A stretch of 64,000 nucleotides of DNA from an uncultured Methanomicrobiales archaeon. Its GTDB lineage: Archaea > Halobacteriota > Methanomicrobia > Methanomicrobiales > Methanospirillaceae. Below the pieces are notes generated by a model. It saw nothing but the letters and a program-made list of their open reading frames with translations. It had not been told where the DNA came from and did no database searches. Within the stretch, counting starts at the first letter, position 1. The number at the start of each line of letters is the position of its first letter. The stretch lies in the NCBI GenBank assembly GCA_963697895.1, contig OY969100.1:1152001-1216000 (forward strand). The letters run 5' to 3'. The position numbers were made by a program, and so were the translations under genes. Positions 44,866-55,721 of this stretch are shown piece by piece.

Positions 44866-45189
44866 ATGCCCGATCTCGTCACAACGCGCCGGCGCAAAAG
44901 TCCTCTTATCAAAAAACTGGAAGGAGCAGCCCCGGCTATCAGCTCACAGTTCGGGGTGACAAAGATCGGCATCTTCGGGTCGTTTGCCCGCGGCGAACAG
45001 ACACGGAAGAGCGACGTGGACGTGCTCGTGGATTTTGCCGAAGGGCACGCAACACTTAAAAATTTTGTCGGACTTGCCGATCTCCTTGAAACGCTCTTCA
45101 AACGGAAAGTGGATCTCATCACGGTCGAAGGGGTTGATAAATATATCCGCGAGAAGATTGAGGCCGAGGTGATCTGGGTTGAAGGATAA
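44866..45189 (+). CDS. minimal nucleotidyltransferase (MNT) antitoxin
   Basis: GIFGSFARGEQTRKSDVDVLV (GSx10DxD), RKVDL. Confidence 0.9.
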   Translation: MPDLVTTRRRKSPLIKKLEGAAPAISSQFGVTKIGIFGSFARGEQTRKSDVDVLVDFAEGHATLKNFVGLADLLETLFKRKVDLITVEGVDKYIREKIEAEVIWVEG

Positions 45190-45532
45190 CACAGTCTATC
45201 TCCACCACATCCTTGACGAGATCCTGTTCCTGAAACGGATATCGCATGACCGGACACGTGATGACCTCATGAACGATGATTATTTTGCACACGCCGTCCG
45301 GAGCGCAATCGAAGTAATCGGAGAAGCGGCCGGAAATGTCCCGGATCCAATCAGAACAGAAAACCCGGATATTCCCTGGAGGGAGATGGCGGCACTTCGT
45401 AACCGGATCATTCACGGCTATTTCAGGATCGATTATTCCATTGTCTGGAATGTGATTGTCCAGGATCTCCCGGCGATCGAACCGAAAATCTCTGCACTTA
45501 TTCAGAGAATGGATAACAGGTCAGGGAAATAA
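45179..45532 (+). CDS. HEPN/DUF86 RNase toxin
   Basis: [21 protein letters not shown] (Rx4H plus Tyr); overlaps the MNT gene. Confidence 0.9.
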   Translation: MKDNTVYLHHILDEILFLKRISHDRTRDDLMNDDYFAHAVRSAIEVIGEAAGNVPDPIRTENPDIPWREMAALRNRIIHGYFRIDYSIVWNVIVQDLPAIEPKISALIQRMDNRSGK

Positions 45533-45538
45533 AACCTT

Positions 45539-45747
45539 TCACCGGGCGGGAATAAAGAAGGTGATCCTCCCGAAGGAGAACGAGCGGGACCTGCAGGACG
45601 TGCCGGAGGATGTCCGGGCCGAACTCGCGTTCGTGACGGTCGAGACCGTCGAAGAGGTCCTCCGGGAGGCGCTCGGCATCGACCTGCCCCGGACCTCCGT
45701 CATGCTCCATGCCGGGAACCAGCTTCGTCCCCGTGCAGAACGTGTGA
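45539..45747 (+). repeat. duplicate of the lon 3' end (44494..44701)
   Basis: About 208-bp direct repeat with a few substitutions, one extra base, and TGA instead of TAA. Confidence 0.92.
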
Positions 45748-45907
45748 ACGGGACGAGGAGAATGCGGCGAGCCGGATCATCCATTCTCCTGCACAATACG
45801 GATACGCTCCTCTCAATCGAAAGAAAGAATCCCTCTTTTTTTTACCCTGATGCGTGGCAGGCCGTTTCAGTACTCCACGAAGCCAAAAAAAAGGAACAAT
45901 CCAATAA

Positions 45908-46630
45908 TCACCCGATCAGGTACGTAACCGTGACCGTTGCAGTTACGGTCACATCTCCGGGCTGGATCGGCGTTGTCGTTGCGCCGGGTGCGATATCGCT
46001 CCGTACATAGTTCTGGAACGGGATCGGCGTGTACCCACCGCCGGTATCGGCGGACTTCACCGAGATGATATTGACCCCGAGCGCAGCGGCGACCGTCTGT
46101 GCATCGGCAGCAGCCCTGGCGGTGGCTTCTTTCAGCGCTTCGGTCCGCATCACCTGGGCCTGTTCGTCTGAGAGGAGGAACTGGATGGAACTCGCCTGGT
46201 TGATCCCGTTCGCAACGCCGATGTCGATAACTTCTCCGGTCCGGTTCACATCGTGTAGGGTGACGGTCAGGGTGTTTGTCACGCGATAGGTCCTGATCTT
46301 CTGCAGGGTGCCGAGCTTCGACTCGTCGTACACCGGGTAGATGGTATAACCGGTGGTCTTGAGAGCGTCCTCCGGGATCCCGGCGGCGGTCAGTGCATTC
46401 ATCACCGTCGTCATGCGGGCGGCATTCTCAGCCTGGGCTGCCCGTACATTGGGATTCTCGGTCTCGACCGCGAGAGAGATCTGTGCACGGTCGGGTGTCC
46501 CGATGACGGAACCGGTCCCCGACGCCGTGATCGTATGGTCGGTGCCGGTCTCGGCCGCTGAAACCGCCCCGATCGCAACCATGGCGATGAGGAGCAGGAC
46601 AACGGTAAGAATCGCTCTTTTGTGTTTCAT
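45908..46630 (-). CDS. SIMPL/DUF541 (BP26-like) secreted protein
   Basis: Signal peptide, [10 protein letters not shown]...[32 protein letters not shown]. Confidence 0.9.
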   Translation of the reverse strand: MKHKRAILTVVLLLIAMVAIGAVSAAETGTDHTITASGTGSVIGTPDRAQISLAVETENPNVRAAQAENAARMTTVMNALTAAGIPEDALKTTGYTIYPVYDESKLGTLQKIRTYRVTNTLTVTLHDVNRTGEVIDIGVANGINQASSIQFLLSDEQAQVMRTEALKEATARAAADAQTVAAALGVNIISVKSADTGGGYTPIPFQNYVRSDIAPGATTTPIQPGDVTVTATVTVTYLIG

Positions 46631-46796
46631 AATGGATCAGGACAGACATTAACCGGCGTTCGGTTTTAAGGTTGCCTTGACTGCGAACGGAATGGCAGTC
46701 ATCATGAGATTGCCGCGGAGCCTGAACTGTCCCGGAGAATGCCTGCCCTCCTTATCCAATAGTTCACCTCGTGATCCAACGAAAGAAGGTATCCCC

Positions 46797-47357
46797 TCAC
46801 CCCTTCCGGTACTTCTTCCCTTCCGAGAATGCCCGGCCGACCTGTTTTCCCACCCCGAAATAGGCGAGATTCGCGTACACAATCGGGTTGACCTTGGTGA
46901 TATCCGGTTTCCCGCCCGTCGTGCATGCCTTATCAGCATGGATCTCCACGACCTCGCCGATTCGGAGGATGTGGCTCCCGCAGTCGACCGATTCAAACAG
47001 CCTGCATTCGATGTTGACCGGGCACTCCTCCGCCAGGGGGGCGGTCTTCAGCTTCCCGTAAAAAGACCGGAAGACAGCGGACTTGTCCTCCTGCGCACCG
47101 GAGACGAGACCGCAGTGGTCGGTCGGGATAACCTGGTGTACCGACGGGATGTTCAGGGAAAAGGTCCCGTTCTGTTCAATCCCCTTTGCCGTATACCGTG
47201 CCTTGTTGATCGCGACGCATACCATTGGCGGCACCATGCAGGCGACCGTCGCCCATGCGGCGGTCATGTAGGTCGGCTTTCCATCGACGGTTGCACCCAC
47301 GAGCACGGTGGGGAGTACGCTCATGTACGGCATCGGGCCGAGCGTGATTTTTTCCAT
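46797..47357 (-). CDS. flavin reductase family protein (flavoredoxin-like)
   Basis: PTVLVG, FSLNIPS, CGLVSG, APLAEECPVNIEC, GSHILRIGEV. Confidence 0.9.
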   Translation of the reverse strand: MEKITLGPMPYMSVLPTVLVGATVDGKPTYMTAAWATVACMVPPMVCVAINKARYTAKGIEQNGTFSLNIPSVHQVIPTDHCGLVSGAQEDKSAVFRSFYGKLKTAPLAEECPVNIECRLFESVDCGSHILRIGEVVEIHADKACTTGGKPDITKVNPIVYANLAYFGVGKQVGRAFSEGKKYRKG

Positions 47358-47494
47358 GGTTTCTCTCTCCACGGATAGGAGGGGAGGGGAGGTGCGTTAA
47401 GGGTATCTTTGCATGAGGCAGCGCCAGCGGGCATCGATTCGGGTTGTCCGGTTCAGGGAGAATATCTCTCCGGTGAGTTGAGATCGGGCCCCCC

Positions 47495-47998
47495 TCACAC
47501 CCCGAACTTCCCCGGGAGCTCCTTCGCCCATTGTGCAATCGCGTCCCAGTCGCGGAAATCCCCGACCGGGGCTTTCACCATCCCGATCATCCGTTTCTGG
47601 ATGAAGTTGAGCGTCGCGAGGTCGATCCGGCCGGCAAAGAGCGCCTCGGCGACCGGTTCCAGGGGCGAGAGGGTATCGTGAAGGATCTTCTTCGCTTTCT
47701 CTATCTCCCCGGGATTCGTCCCCACCGGGGCCACCCCGACGGCGAATGCAGCGACCGGCAGCGTTGCCAGGGTCTCCCGGTACCTTCCCACGAACTTCCC
47801 CACATCGCCCACGATCTTTCCCATGTAGAACGGTCCCCCGATGACGACCGCGTTATACCCCTCGGGCGACGGGGCCGATTTCAGTTCGACGACATCGACC
47901 ATGTACCCCACCGACTGCAGTTCCTTTCCGATGGCCTCTGCGATCCCGGCGGTCGATCCCTTCGGCGATACATACGCGACAAGAATGCGGGCGGACAT
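47495..47998 (-). CDS. flavodoxin-domain protein (HemG-like), copy 2
   Basis: ILVAYVSPKGSTAGIA, VVIGGPFY, GDFRDWDAI. Confidence 0.88.
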   Translation of the reverse strand: MSARILVAYVSPKGSTAGIAEAIGKELQSVGYMVDVVELKSAPSPEGYNAVVIGGPFYMGKIVGDVGKFVGRYRETLATLPVAAFAVGVAPVGTNPGEIEKAKKILHDTLSPLEPVAEALFAGRIDLATLNFIQKRMIGMVKAPVGDFRDWDAIAQWAKELPGKFGV

Positions 47999-48084
47999 GA
48001 AATTCCTCAAGGGATATTGAATGAAGTCGCGATATAAAAAGAGATGGGCGTGAGAGCGTTATTGCAATTCGGGAAGGACCCAGC

Positions 48085-48588
48085 TCATACGTTCAGCTTC
48101 CCGGGCAGGTTCTTCGCCCATTTCGCGATCGCTTCCCAGTCGCGGAAGTCCCCGACCGGGGCGTTTACCTTTCCCACCATCCATTTCTGGATGAACGAGA
48201 GCTTCTTCAGCTCTATCCTGCCGGCAAAGATCGTCTCAGCAACCGGTTCCAGGGGTGCGAGAGCCCTATGAAACGTCTTCTTGGCATCGCGTATCTGGAC
48301 GGGATCTCTTCCCACCGGCGCCACGCCGACGGCAAATGCAGCGACCGGCATTTTTACCAGGGTATCGCGGAATCTTTCCACGAACTTCCCCACACCGCTC
48401 ACGACCTTTCCTGAATAGAAGGGGCCCCCGATGACCACCGCCCGGTAGCCTTCGAGCGATTTCACCGTATTCATCCCGGCGACATCGACCGTATACCCCG
48501 CCGACCGCAGTTCTTTCCCGATCGCCTCTGCGATTTCGGCGGTCGATCCCTTCGGCGATACATATGCGACCAGTATGCGGGCGGACAT
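48085..48588 (-). CDS. flavodoxin-domain protein (HemG-like), copy 1
   Basis: ILVAYVSPKGSTAEIA, GDFRDWEAI; tandem paralog of 47495..47998. Confidence 0.88.
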   Translation of the reverse strand: MSARILVAYVSPKGSTAEIAEAIGKELRSAGYTVDVAGMNTVKSLEGYRAVVIGGPFYSGKVVSGVGKFVERFRDTLVKMPVAAFAVGVAPVGRDPVQIRDAKKTFHRALAPLEPVAETIFAGRIELKKLSFIQKWMVGKVNAPVGDFRDWEAIAKWAKNLPGKLNV

Positions 48589-48727
48589 GATTGTTCCTCA
48601 GTGGAGTTCGAGGTCGGATTATAAAAAACGGGCGGAGAGGGGTATCGACCGGGGCATACTGCTCATCCCGGTCATCGGATCTTCCCGGTGCGAAGCCCAT
48701 TTAACTTCCCGGGACGTAATTCCTTTC

Positions 48728-49282
48728 ATGAACCTTCCGGGCCTGATCCTGTGTCTGGGTATCGTATGCATCCTCGTTGCCGGATGCACGACCCTGTCCC
48801 CGCAGGCCACAGCTCCTTCAACAGGAACCGGTACATCTCCCGGGGTTACGACCACCCCGGCGACATCCTCCGTACCGGCGACCGGTATGCCGCTCATCAC
48901 CCCGGGACCGGTGGATCTTTCCATCCGGGTATCTCCGGAACGATACATCCCCCTCATGTCATCCACGGTCGGGATCGGTCTTACCCCCGAGTATTCAGGT
49001 CCCGGCCCGGTCGTGTACAGCTGGAATACCAGTTATGGGTACTTCGTCGGCTGGAATGCACCGGATTTCAACGTGATCCCGTATAGCAACAGCGTCGAAA
49101 CCACCGATCAGACCATCTACTGGTCGTATTCACCCGATGACATGGGGAAAGAGAAACCGCCGGTCACCATCCGTCTCGTCGTAAAAACACCGCCGCGTTC
49201 TCATGGCGGGAACGCAACCATTGTCGTGAGATACCTCCATATAAGATGGGAAAATACCGATACCGCGGTGATCACCCCGTAG
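48728..49282 (+). CDS. hypothetical lipoprotein
   Basis: LVAGC lipobox-like signal, Thr/Pro linker, MSSTVGIGLTP motif. Confidence 0.75.
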   Translation: MNLPGLILCLGIVCILVAGCTTLSPQATAPSTGTGTSPGVTTTPATSSVPATGMPLITPGPVDLSIRVSPERYIPLMSSTVGIGLTPEYSGPGPVVYSWNTSYGYFVGWNAPDFNVIPYSNSVETTDQTIYWSYSPDDMGKEKPPVTIRLVVKTPPRSHGGNATIVVRYLHIRWENTDTAVITP

Positions 49283-49339
49283 GATGAACGGTGTCTCATA
49301 TGGATTAAAAATCAGCGTGCGGATTCCGTGATACGTACC

Positions 49340-49843
49340 ATGAACGAGTGTGTATGCCCCGGATGCGGGATCCATCTCCCCGCCAATAACCTCGAGCCGG
49401 CAGAGCGGTTCAACGCCACGGGCGAGTGCCTCGAGAAGTGCTTCGCGGTGTTCTGCTGGACCCTCGTGCACGAGGACCCCCGGTTCATCCACCAGTACGC
49501 GGTCGATGCCTATGCAGCCCAGCACTCCGGCGACCGGACCCGGCCGGTAACGACGGTCTTTGCACTCATCGGCCTCTATCTTGCCGTGGAGAAAGGGTAC
49601 ACGGGGCGGCAGGTTCAGCTCGCCCACATGCAGATCGGGAAGAAAAGACGGGACTGGCCCCGGCTGGAATCTCCGGAGCACCCGGCGGAACTGACCGTGA
49701 TGGACGTCCTGCAGGCGGGGACGAATACAGAGAAAGAGGAGATGCTGATGCGGTGGGCGGCGTCGGTCTGGCAGAGCTGGGAGCGTCGCCACCAGTGGGT
49801 GAGGGAGACGACGGAGCGGGTGCTCTACGGGGAAGGCAGATAA
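49340..49843 (+). CDS. DUF5946-like protein
   Basis: CPGCG, FIHQYAVDAYAAQH, FALIGLYL. Confidence 0.7.
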   Translation: MNECVCPGCGIHLPANNLEPAERFNATGECLEKCFAVFCWTLVHEDPRFIHQYAVDAYAAQHSGDRTRPVTTVFALIGLYLAVEKGYTGRQVQLAHMQIGKKRRDWPRLESPEHPAELTVMDVLQAGTNTEKEEMLMRWAASVWQSWERRHQWVRETTERVLYGEGR

Positions 49844-50034
49844 CGGGGTATTCACAGCTCGCGGAACACCTGCATCCGGATCATGGATGAGACAGGCTCA
49901 TATCCTCACATCCCGGTATATTTACGTGGAGAAGAGGGTCGTCCTTCCATTCCGAGTCATCCATCCTGAATGGGAGGAAAAAACATACGATGGATGAGTG
50001 CGATACTCATGATTCTTTGTGAGAATGAAACGAC

Positions 50035-50859
50035 ATGACCATGATTATCATTGATCGGGACCTCTGCACATCGTGCGGAATCTGTGCGAAAATATGTCCG
50101 GTCGGGCTCATTCCGCCACCGGACGGTGATCAGGTACCGGATATTCCGGAGTCGGACCAGACGTTCTGTATCAACTGCGGGCACTGTGAAGTCTTCTGCC
50201 CGTCGCAGGCGCTCACGCTGAATTTCGCACCCGGAGAAAAGGAGATCGTCTCACCCGGCACGGGAGTAATTCCATCGGAACAGCTCGGATACTACCTGAA
50301 AAACCGGCGCTCGATACGGCATTTCTCAAAGAGACCGGTCGCACGGGAGGCGATCGAATCGCTTCTGGATATCGTCCGGTATGCACCTTCGGGGGGGAAC
50401 CGGCAACCGGTCCAGTGGATCGTCGTCCACGATCCGAAAAAGGTGTACCGGTATGCGGCGCTTACCATCGACTGGATGCGGGATTTATCGAGGACAAACG
50501 ATCCCCTCGGCAACCGGTACAATCCGGCCGCCATGGTTGCCGCATGGGAGAGGGGAAACGATGTTATCTGCCGGGATGCCCCGCATCTCCTGATTGCGCA
50601 TGCCCCGGCTGAACTCGGCACTCCTTCCGTGGATGCGATAATTGCGCTCACCTATGCAGACATCGCCGCACCCGCGTTCGGGGTCGGGATGTGCTGGGCA
50701 GGATTCCTCTCCCTGGCAGCCATGTCATGGAAACCCCTGCAGGAGGCGATCGATCTCCCCGAAGGACGGGTCTTCTCATATGCGCTGATGTTCGGATACC
50801 CCGATTACCAGACCTATGGAATCCCGCGACGGAACCCCGTGCAGGTGACCTGGCAGTAG
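50035..50859 (+). CDS. nitroreductase with N-terminal 2x[4Fe-4S] ferredoxin domain
   Basis: CTSCGICAKICP, CINCGHCEVFCP, RRSIR, APSGGNRQ. Confidence 0.92.
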   Translation: MTMIIIDRDLCTSCGICAKICPVGLIPPPDGDQVPDIPESDQTFCINCGHCEVFCPSQALTLNFAPGEKEIVSPGTGVIPSEQLGYYLKNRRSIRHFSKRPVAREAIESLLDIVRYAPSGGNRQPVQWIVVHDPKKVYRYAALTIDWMRDLSRTNDPLGNRYNPAAMVAAWERGNDVICRDAPHLLIAHAPAELGTPSVDAIIALTYADIAAPAFGVGMCWAGFLSLAAMSWKPLQEAIDLPEGRVFSYALMFGYPDYQTYGIPRRNPVQVTWQ

Positions 50860-51300
50860 GGCACAAGACGGGTACGAAAAGTCCCACGGCTCCGGTTCCA
50901 TCTGGTTCATCCTGGGTGTTGGAGGCACCCGGGTTGATCTTATGAGAGCGGGTTTAACGAAATGGACGAACGCCATCTCGGCGATCCGGCAAGAGCAGGT
51001 GAGTTGCCGGAGCTTGTTCGGGACTCTCGCCCTGAAAACCGCTCGTCCCAATAATTATTACCCTTCCCGTCCCATGCGTACCTGTGATGGACAACCATGA
51101 CAGACTGTTTTGTACATCCCGGACCATCATGCGATCCCTGCTCCATTAAGCGGGATAGCATACGCTGAATCGCCGATCGAATCAGTAACAACGCTGTTTT
51201 TTCCGCCCAACCCCGTTGCAGCATTCAGGCATATCGCCGCTCCCGGGCATCCTGCATACCGGGACGAATTATCGCCGGAAACGTCGGCAGGGAGGATTCC

Positions 51301-52977
51301 ATGGAACATCCCCTGATATCCGGTGCGGAGATCCTTGTCGAATCACTCCGCCGGCAGGGAGTGACCACGATATTCGGTTATCCCGGTGCCGCGGTTCTTC
51401 CTATCTATGACGAACTCTATTCGTCCCCGATCCGGCATATCCTCGTCCGCCATGAACAGGCGGCAGCCCACGCGGCCGACGGGTTTGCCCGGGCCTCCGG
51501 TCGGACCGGCGTCTGCCTCGCCACCTCCGGGCCCGGCGCATGCAACCTTATTACCGGGATCGCGACCGCATTCATGGACTCGAGCCCGATCGTCGCGATC
51601 ACCGGCCAGGTGCCGACAGATATGCTCGGGAATGACGCCTTTCAGGAAGCCGACATCACGGGGATGACCATGCCGGTCACCAAGCACAATTATCTCGTGA
51701 AACGGACCGAGGACCTCGGGAGGTTGATACAGGAAGCGTTCCACATTGCCGGGACCGGCCGGAAAGGACCGGTGCTGATCGACATCCCCAAGGACGTGAG
51801 TACCGGCCGGATTCCCTGGCACGAGGACGACGATACCGTGGACCTGCGGGGGTACCGGCCGACCCTCGGCGGACACCCCCGGCAGATCGAAAAGGCGGTG
51901 GATCTGATCCGGAATGCCGAACGCCCGCTCATCTATGCCGGAGGGGGAGTGATCGCCGGCGATGCCTCCGGGGCACTGGTCCGTCTTGCGGAGCGGATGA
52001 TGATCCCGGTCGCGACGACCCTGATGGGGCTCGGCTGCATCCCGGGTGATCACCCGCTCAACCTCGGCATGCTCGGGATGCACGGGACCGTTTCAGCAAA
52101 CTATGCAGTCACCGAATGCGATCTGCTGATTGCAACCGGTGTCCGGTTCGATGATCGGGTTACGGGGAAGATCGGGGCCTTCGCTCCTCACGCACAGGTG
52201 ATCCATATCGATATCGACCCGGCGGAGATCGGGAAGAACAAGGAGGCGCACCTTCCGATCGTGGGCGATTCGAAGACAGTCCTCCACCAGCTACTGGCAG
52301 GACTCGACCGGGGAAAAGAACGCGATGCCTGGCACCGGAAGATCCGCGAATGGAAACATCTCCATCCGCTCCGGTCAACGGAGGACGGGAACCTCCACCC
52401 GCAGTACATCCTCCGGACGATGAGCGAAATGCTCCCCGGCGACACGATGATCGTATCCGAGGTCGGCCAGCACCAGATGTGGACGGCACTGCATTATTGT
52501 TTCCGGCATCCCCGCCAGTGGATCACGTCCGGGGGTCTCGGGACGATGGGCTTCGGGCTTCCCGCCGCGATGGGAGTCCATTACGCACGCCCCGGCGTCC
52601 CGGTCTTCGATATATCCGGGGACGGGAGCATCCAGATGAATATCCAGGAACTCGGAACGATAGCCCAGTACCATATCCCGGTAAAGATCGCGATCATGAA
52701 CAACCGGTTCCTCGGAATGGTCAGGCAGTGGCAGGAGCTCTTCTATGACCGGCGATACGCGTTTACCGAGCTCCCGCCCCTGGACTTTGTCAAGATCGCA
52801 GAGGCCTATGGGATACCCGGGTTACAGGTTGAATCCTGTGAAGAAGTGAAACACGCGATACAGACTGCAACCGAGACCGAAGGACCGTTCCTGATGGATT
52901 TCCGGGTCGAACGGGAGGACAATGTCTTTCCCATGGTCCCGGCAGGGGCCGCGATAAACGAGATGATCCAGGAGTAA
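51301..52977 (+). CDS. ilvB: acetolactate synthase large subunit
   Basis: FGYPG, RHEQAA, TSGPGA, RFDDRVTG, GDGSIQMN, GMVRQWQ. Confidence 0.95.
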   Translation: MEHPLISGAEILVESLRRQGVTTIFGYPGAAVLPIYDELYSSPIRHILVRHEQAAAHAADGFARASGRTGVCLATSGPGACNLITGIATAFMDSSPIVAITGQVPTDMLGNDAFQEADITGMTMPVTKHNYLVKRTEDLGRLIQEAFHIAGTGRKGPVLIDIPKDVSTGRIPWHEDDDTVDLRGYRPTLGGHPRQIEKAVDLIRNAERPLIYAGGGVIAGDASGALVRLAERMMIPVATTLMGLGCIPGDHPLNLGMLGMHGTVSANYAVTECDLLIATGVRFDDRVTGKIGAFAPHAQVIHIDIDPAEIGKNKEAHLPIVGDSKTVLHQLLAGLDRGKERDAWHRKIREWKHLHPLRSTEDGNLHPQYILRTMSEMLPGDTMIVSEVGQHQMWTALHYCFRHPRQWITSGGLGTMGFGLPAAMGVHYARPGVPVFDISGDGSIQMNIQELGTIAQYHIPVKIAIMNNRFLGMVRQWQELFYDRRYAFTELPPLDFVKIAEAYGIPGLQVESCEEVKHAIQTATETEGPFLMDFRVEREDNVFPMVPAGAAINEMIQE

Positions 52978-53229
52978 GGGCCGTGAGGAGGTAATCATCC
53001 GGATCCGTACGCCGGAACCAGGGCTCCTCTCCGGTCCCTCCTCCCGGTCTGGACGCCGGAGGGATCACCCCCTGGGAAGGCCTTCCTGTCTATTAGCACA
53101 CGGCGTGGAGGCCGGAATATCCCGGGATTGAAAGATCTCCCTGCATATTAATACCCAGCAAGGAGGCCGGAGTATCCCGCGATTGCAAATACTCCGCCTT
53201 TTTCTCCGCTGAAAAATCCCGGTGCCTGT

Positions 53230-53787
53230 TCAATGCTTCATCGGGACGTCGAAGAAAATGTTCTTCCCCGATGCCTTGAGGGGAATACCGTAAGCAACGG
53301 TGCATCCCTTCAGCATCCCCCGTTTCAGGGCGGCGATACCGATCGAGGCCATGACCCGGTTGTCCACGTTGTGGATACTTGCGGTTTTCACCGCCGATCC
53401 GACGGCGATGCCGATGTCCGTGACCTTGAACACGCAATTTGGTCCCGGGTAGAGCGCGGGTTTGTTCTTCCCCGCCTTAGCCACCTCTTCCATCTCGGCG
53501 CAGGTCGCGAACCCGCATCCACCGCAGTTAATTCCGGGTGTTTCCTGCCCCCTGACCCCGATCAGGACCGTGGCGTCGCTTGCCTTTACCTGTTCTCCGT
53601 TAATACGGAAGAAATCCAGTTTCAGCTCGTCCGCCCACGCGATCATACTGTCTCCCATCCGTTCCTTCTCCTTCCCGGTGAGGATCTCGACCTGAATCGA
53701 GTCGATTCCCACGGCCTTTGGCGCCGTCCGGGCTGCAAGGGCCATGAGTTCTGCAACAGATTTTACCGCTTCCGATTCAATTGACAT
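53230..53787 (-). CDS. DUF2148 ferredoxin-domain-containing protein
   Basis: AARTAPKA, NCGGCGFATC, DIGIAVGSA, VDNRVM, KNIFFD. Confidence 0.85.
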   Translation of the reverse strand: MSIESEAVKSVAELMALAARTAPKAVGIDSIQVEILTGKEKERMGDSMIAWADELKLDFFRINGEQVKASDATVLIGVRGQETPGINCGGCGFATCAEMEEVAKAGKNKPALYPGPNCVFKVTDIGIAVGSAVKTASIHNVDNRVMASIGIAALKRGMLKGCTVAYGIPLKASGKNIFFDVPMKH

Positions 53788-53920
53788 ACCCCGAATGTGT
53801 TCACCGGGGTAAAAAAGGGATCCCCGCATACCCACAGAGTCGATCACGGAAACCTGGCTTCGGACAACCAGTAAACGGCCGAAGAGTATCAGAAAGGAAT
53901 AGTCAGCCGGGAACTGGCGT

Positions 53921-54604
53921 CTACTGAACGGGCGAACCTGTTGCCGGATCACGGACCAGGGTGTACCGGTTTCCGGTCCGGGAAACACACCCCATCGCGA
54001 GAAGATCCCCTATTGCGTCACGGACCTCACGAATCGGCACACGAAGGCAGTAATGGTCCCCGAGTTCCCTCTGAATAGCTTCCTCGCCGAGCGGACCTTC
54101 CGCGAGAACCTTCGCGGCAAATCCCACGAGGTCCTCGTGTACCGCCCACGGGTAAATGATCCAGCGCCATTCCTGCTCCTCCCGGGCGAAATAATCCGGA
54201 CAGAACGATGATTTCACCTTGTGCTGGAGGACCGCCGTCCGGATCTCTTCTGGTCCGAGGCTCCGGATATACGAAACGGCAGCATCCAGGGTCTGGCCGG
54301 TATCGGTCACGTCGTCCACGATCAGCACCGCCTGGTCCCGGATATCGACCGCGAGTGGAAACCGGACGATCACCCGGGGTTTCTCCTGTGCGGCCATCCC
54401 CCAGTGCTCGACCTTGAAACTGGTCAGCATATTGTTGAGTAAAAAATCGCAGACCACGCGGGCGGGGACATACCCTCCCCGGCCGATCGCGATGACGATG
54501 TCCGGCCGATACCCGGACTCCTTTATCAGGAGTGCCAGAGACCTGGCCAGTTCAGAGAAATCCTCCCAGCTCACGAGTTCGCAGGGAAATACCTCGGCAG
54601 CCAT
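53921..54604 (-). CDS. phosphoribosyltransferase (COG2236, purine PRT-like)
   Basis: AIGRGGYVPAR, LIVDDVTDTGQT, WIIYPW. Confidence 0.9.
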   Translation of the reverse strand: MAAEVFPCELVSWEDFSELARSLALLIKESGYRPDIVIAIGRGGYVPARVVCDFLLNNMLTSFKVEHWGMAAQEKPRVIVRFPLAVDIRDQAVLIVDDVTDTGQTLDAAVSYIRSLGPEEIRTAVLQHKVKSSFCPDYFAREEQEWRWIIYPWAVHEDLVGFAAKVLAEGPLGEEAIQRELGDHYCLRVPIREVRDAIGDLLAMGCVSRTGNRYTLVRDPATGSPVQ

Positions 54605-54726
54605 CTGATCCTTAGAGGCACGCTGATGATATTGAGGGTTCCGGGCATCCGGTACCCAGTCTGATGCACGTCACGGTTCAGAACATTTATCTGTATCACC
54701 GGAGACCGCTCCTCCAGGTAGAGGGG

Positions 54727-55629
54727 ATGGACTGCTCAATTGTCACGGGACCGGTCTTCGCACGCCATGACTGCAGTGGGCACCCGGAATGCCAGGAACG
54801 CCTCGCGCTCGCGATATCAGGGGTTCCCGGGGATGTCAGGCGGATCGCTCCCCGGCCCGCGTCCGAAGAGGAACTCGCTCTCGTCCACGACCGGGACTAC
54901 ATCGCGATGATCCGGGAACGGTGCGCAGCCTGCCAGCCGGGCCGTTGCATGTACCTGGACCCCGACACGTACATCACCCGCGATTCCTTCGAGGTCGCCC
55001 GGTTCGCTGCCGGGGGGACGATCCTTGCGGCCGAGCAGGCCCTCTCCGGGACTCATTCGTTCGCGTTCGTCCGGCCGCCCGGTCACCACGCGGGCCGGCG
55101 GTATGCGATGGGCTTCTGCATCTTCAACAATGTGGCGGTCGCGGCCGCCCATGCACTGCAATCGGTCGAACGGGTAGCGATCGTCGACTGGGACATCCAC
55201 CACGGGAACGGGACCCAGGAGATCTTCTATGATTCGGGGCATGTGCTTTACTGCTCGATCCATCAGGCACATTCCTTCCCGGGAACCGGGTTGCCGGGGG
55301 AGACCGGGGTCGGGGAGGGGAAAGGGCATACAGTCAACATCCCCGTCCCTGCCGGATCGACGATTGAAACGTACCGCGACGCATTTGACACCTTCATTCC
55401 ATTGGTGAGGGAATACGATCCGGACCTCGTCCTTGTCTCCGCGGGCCAGGACATCCTCGCGGACGACCCGCTCGGCCGGATGGAGATCCTGCCGGAAAAC
55501 TTTGCGGAACTGACGAGGCTCGTGCGGAAAATGACTGACGATCACCTTGCATTCGTGCTCGAGGGAGGGTATGGTCCGTCCCACGGGGAGGCGATCGCCG
55601 CGATCTTCCGGGAGCTGCGGGAGAAATAG
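54727..55629 (+). CDS. histone deacetylase family protein
   Basis: [38 protein letters not shown]. Confidence 0.93.
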   Translation: MDCSIVTGPVFARHDCSGHPECQERLALAISGVPGDVRRIAPRPASEEELALVHDRDYIAMIRERCAACQPGRCMYLDPDTYITRDSFEVARFAAGGTILAAEQALSGTHSFAFVRPPGHHAGRRYAMGFCIFNNVAVAAAHALQSVERVAIVDWDIHHGNGTQEIFYDSGHVLYCSIHQAHSFPGTGLPGETGVGEGKGHTVNIPVPAGSTIETYRDAFDTFIPLVREYDPDLVLVSAGQDILADDPLGRMEILPENFAELTRLVRKMTDDHLAFVLEGGYGPSHGEAIAAIFRELREK

Positions 55630-55721
55630 GGGAAGGCATTCGCACGTATCGGAATAGAGACAAAGAATATATTCCCGTTTTCATTGATAGGATTCGCAGA
55701 AAAAAAAGAAGATGATATTGT

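Noticed and set aside
45456-46010. 184-aa ORF with Lon-like sequence
   Set aside because: Chance frame running through the duplicated lon 3' end; it lacks the catalytic Ser and Lys.
50900-51300. TPP, fluoride, FMN, c-di-GMP-I or c-di-AMP riboswitch upstream of ilvB
   Set aside because: Only fragmentary resemblance; the conserved core motifs of each class are absent.
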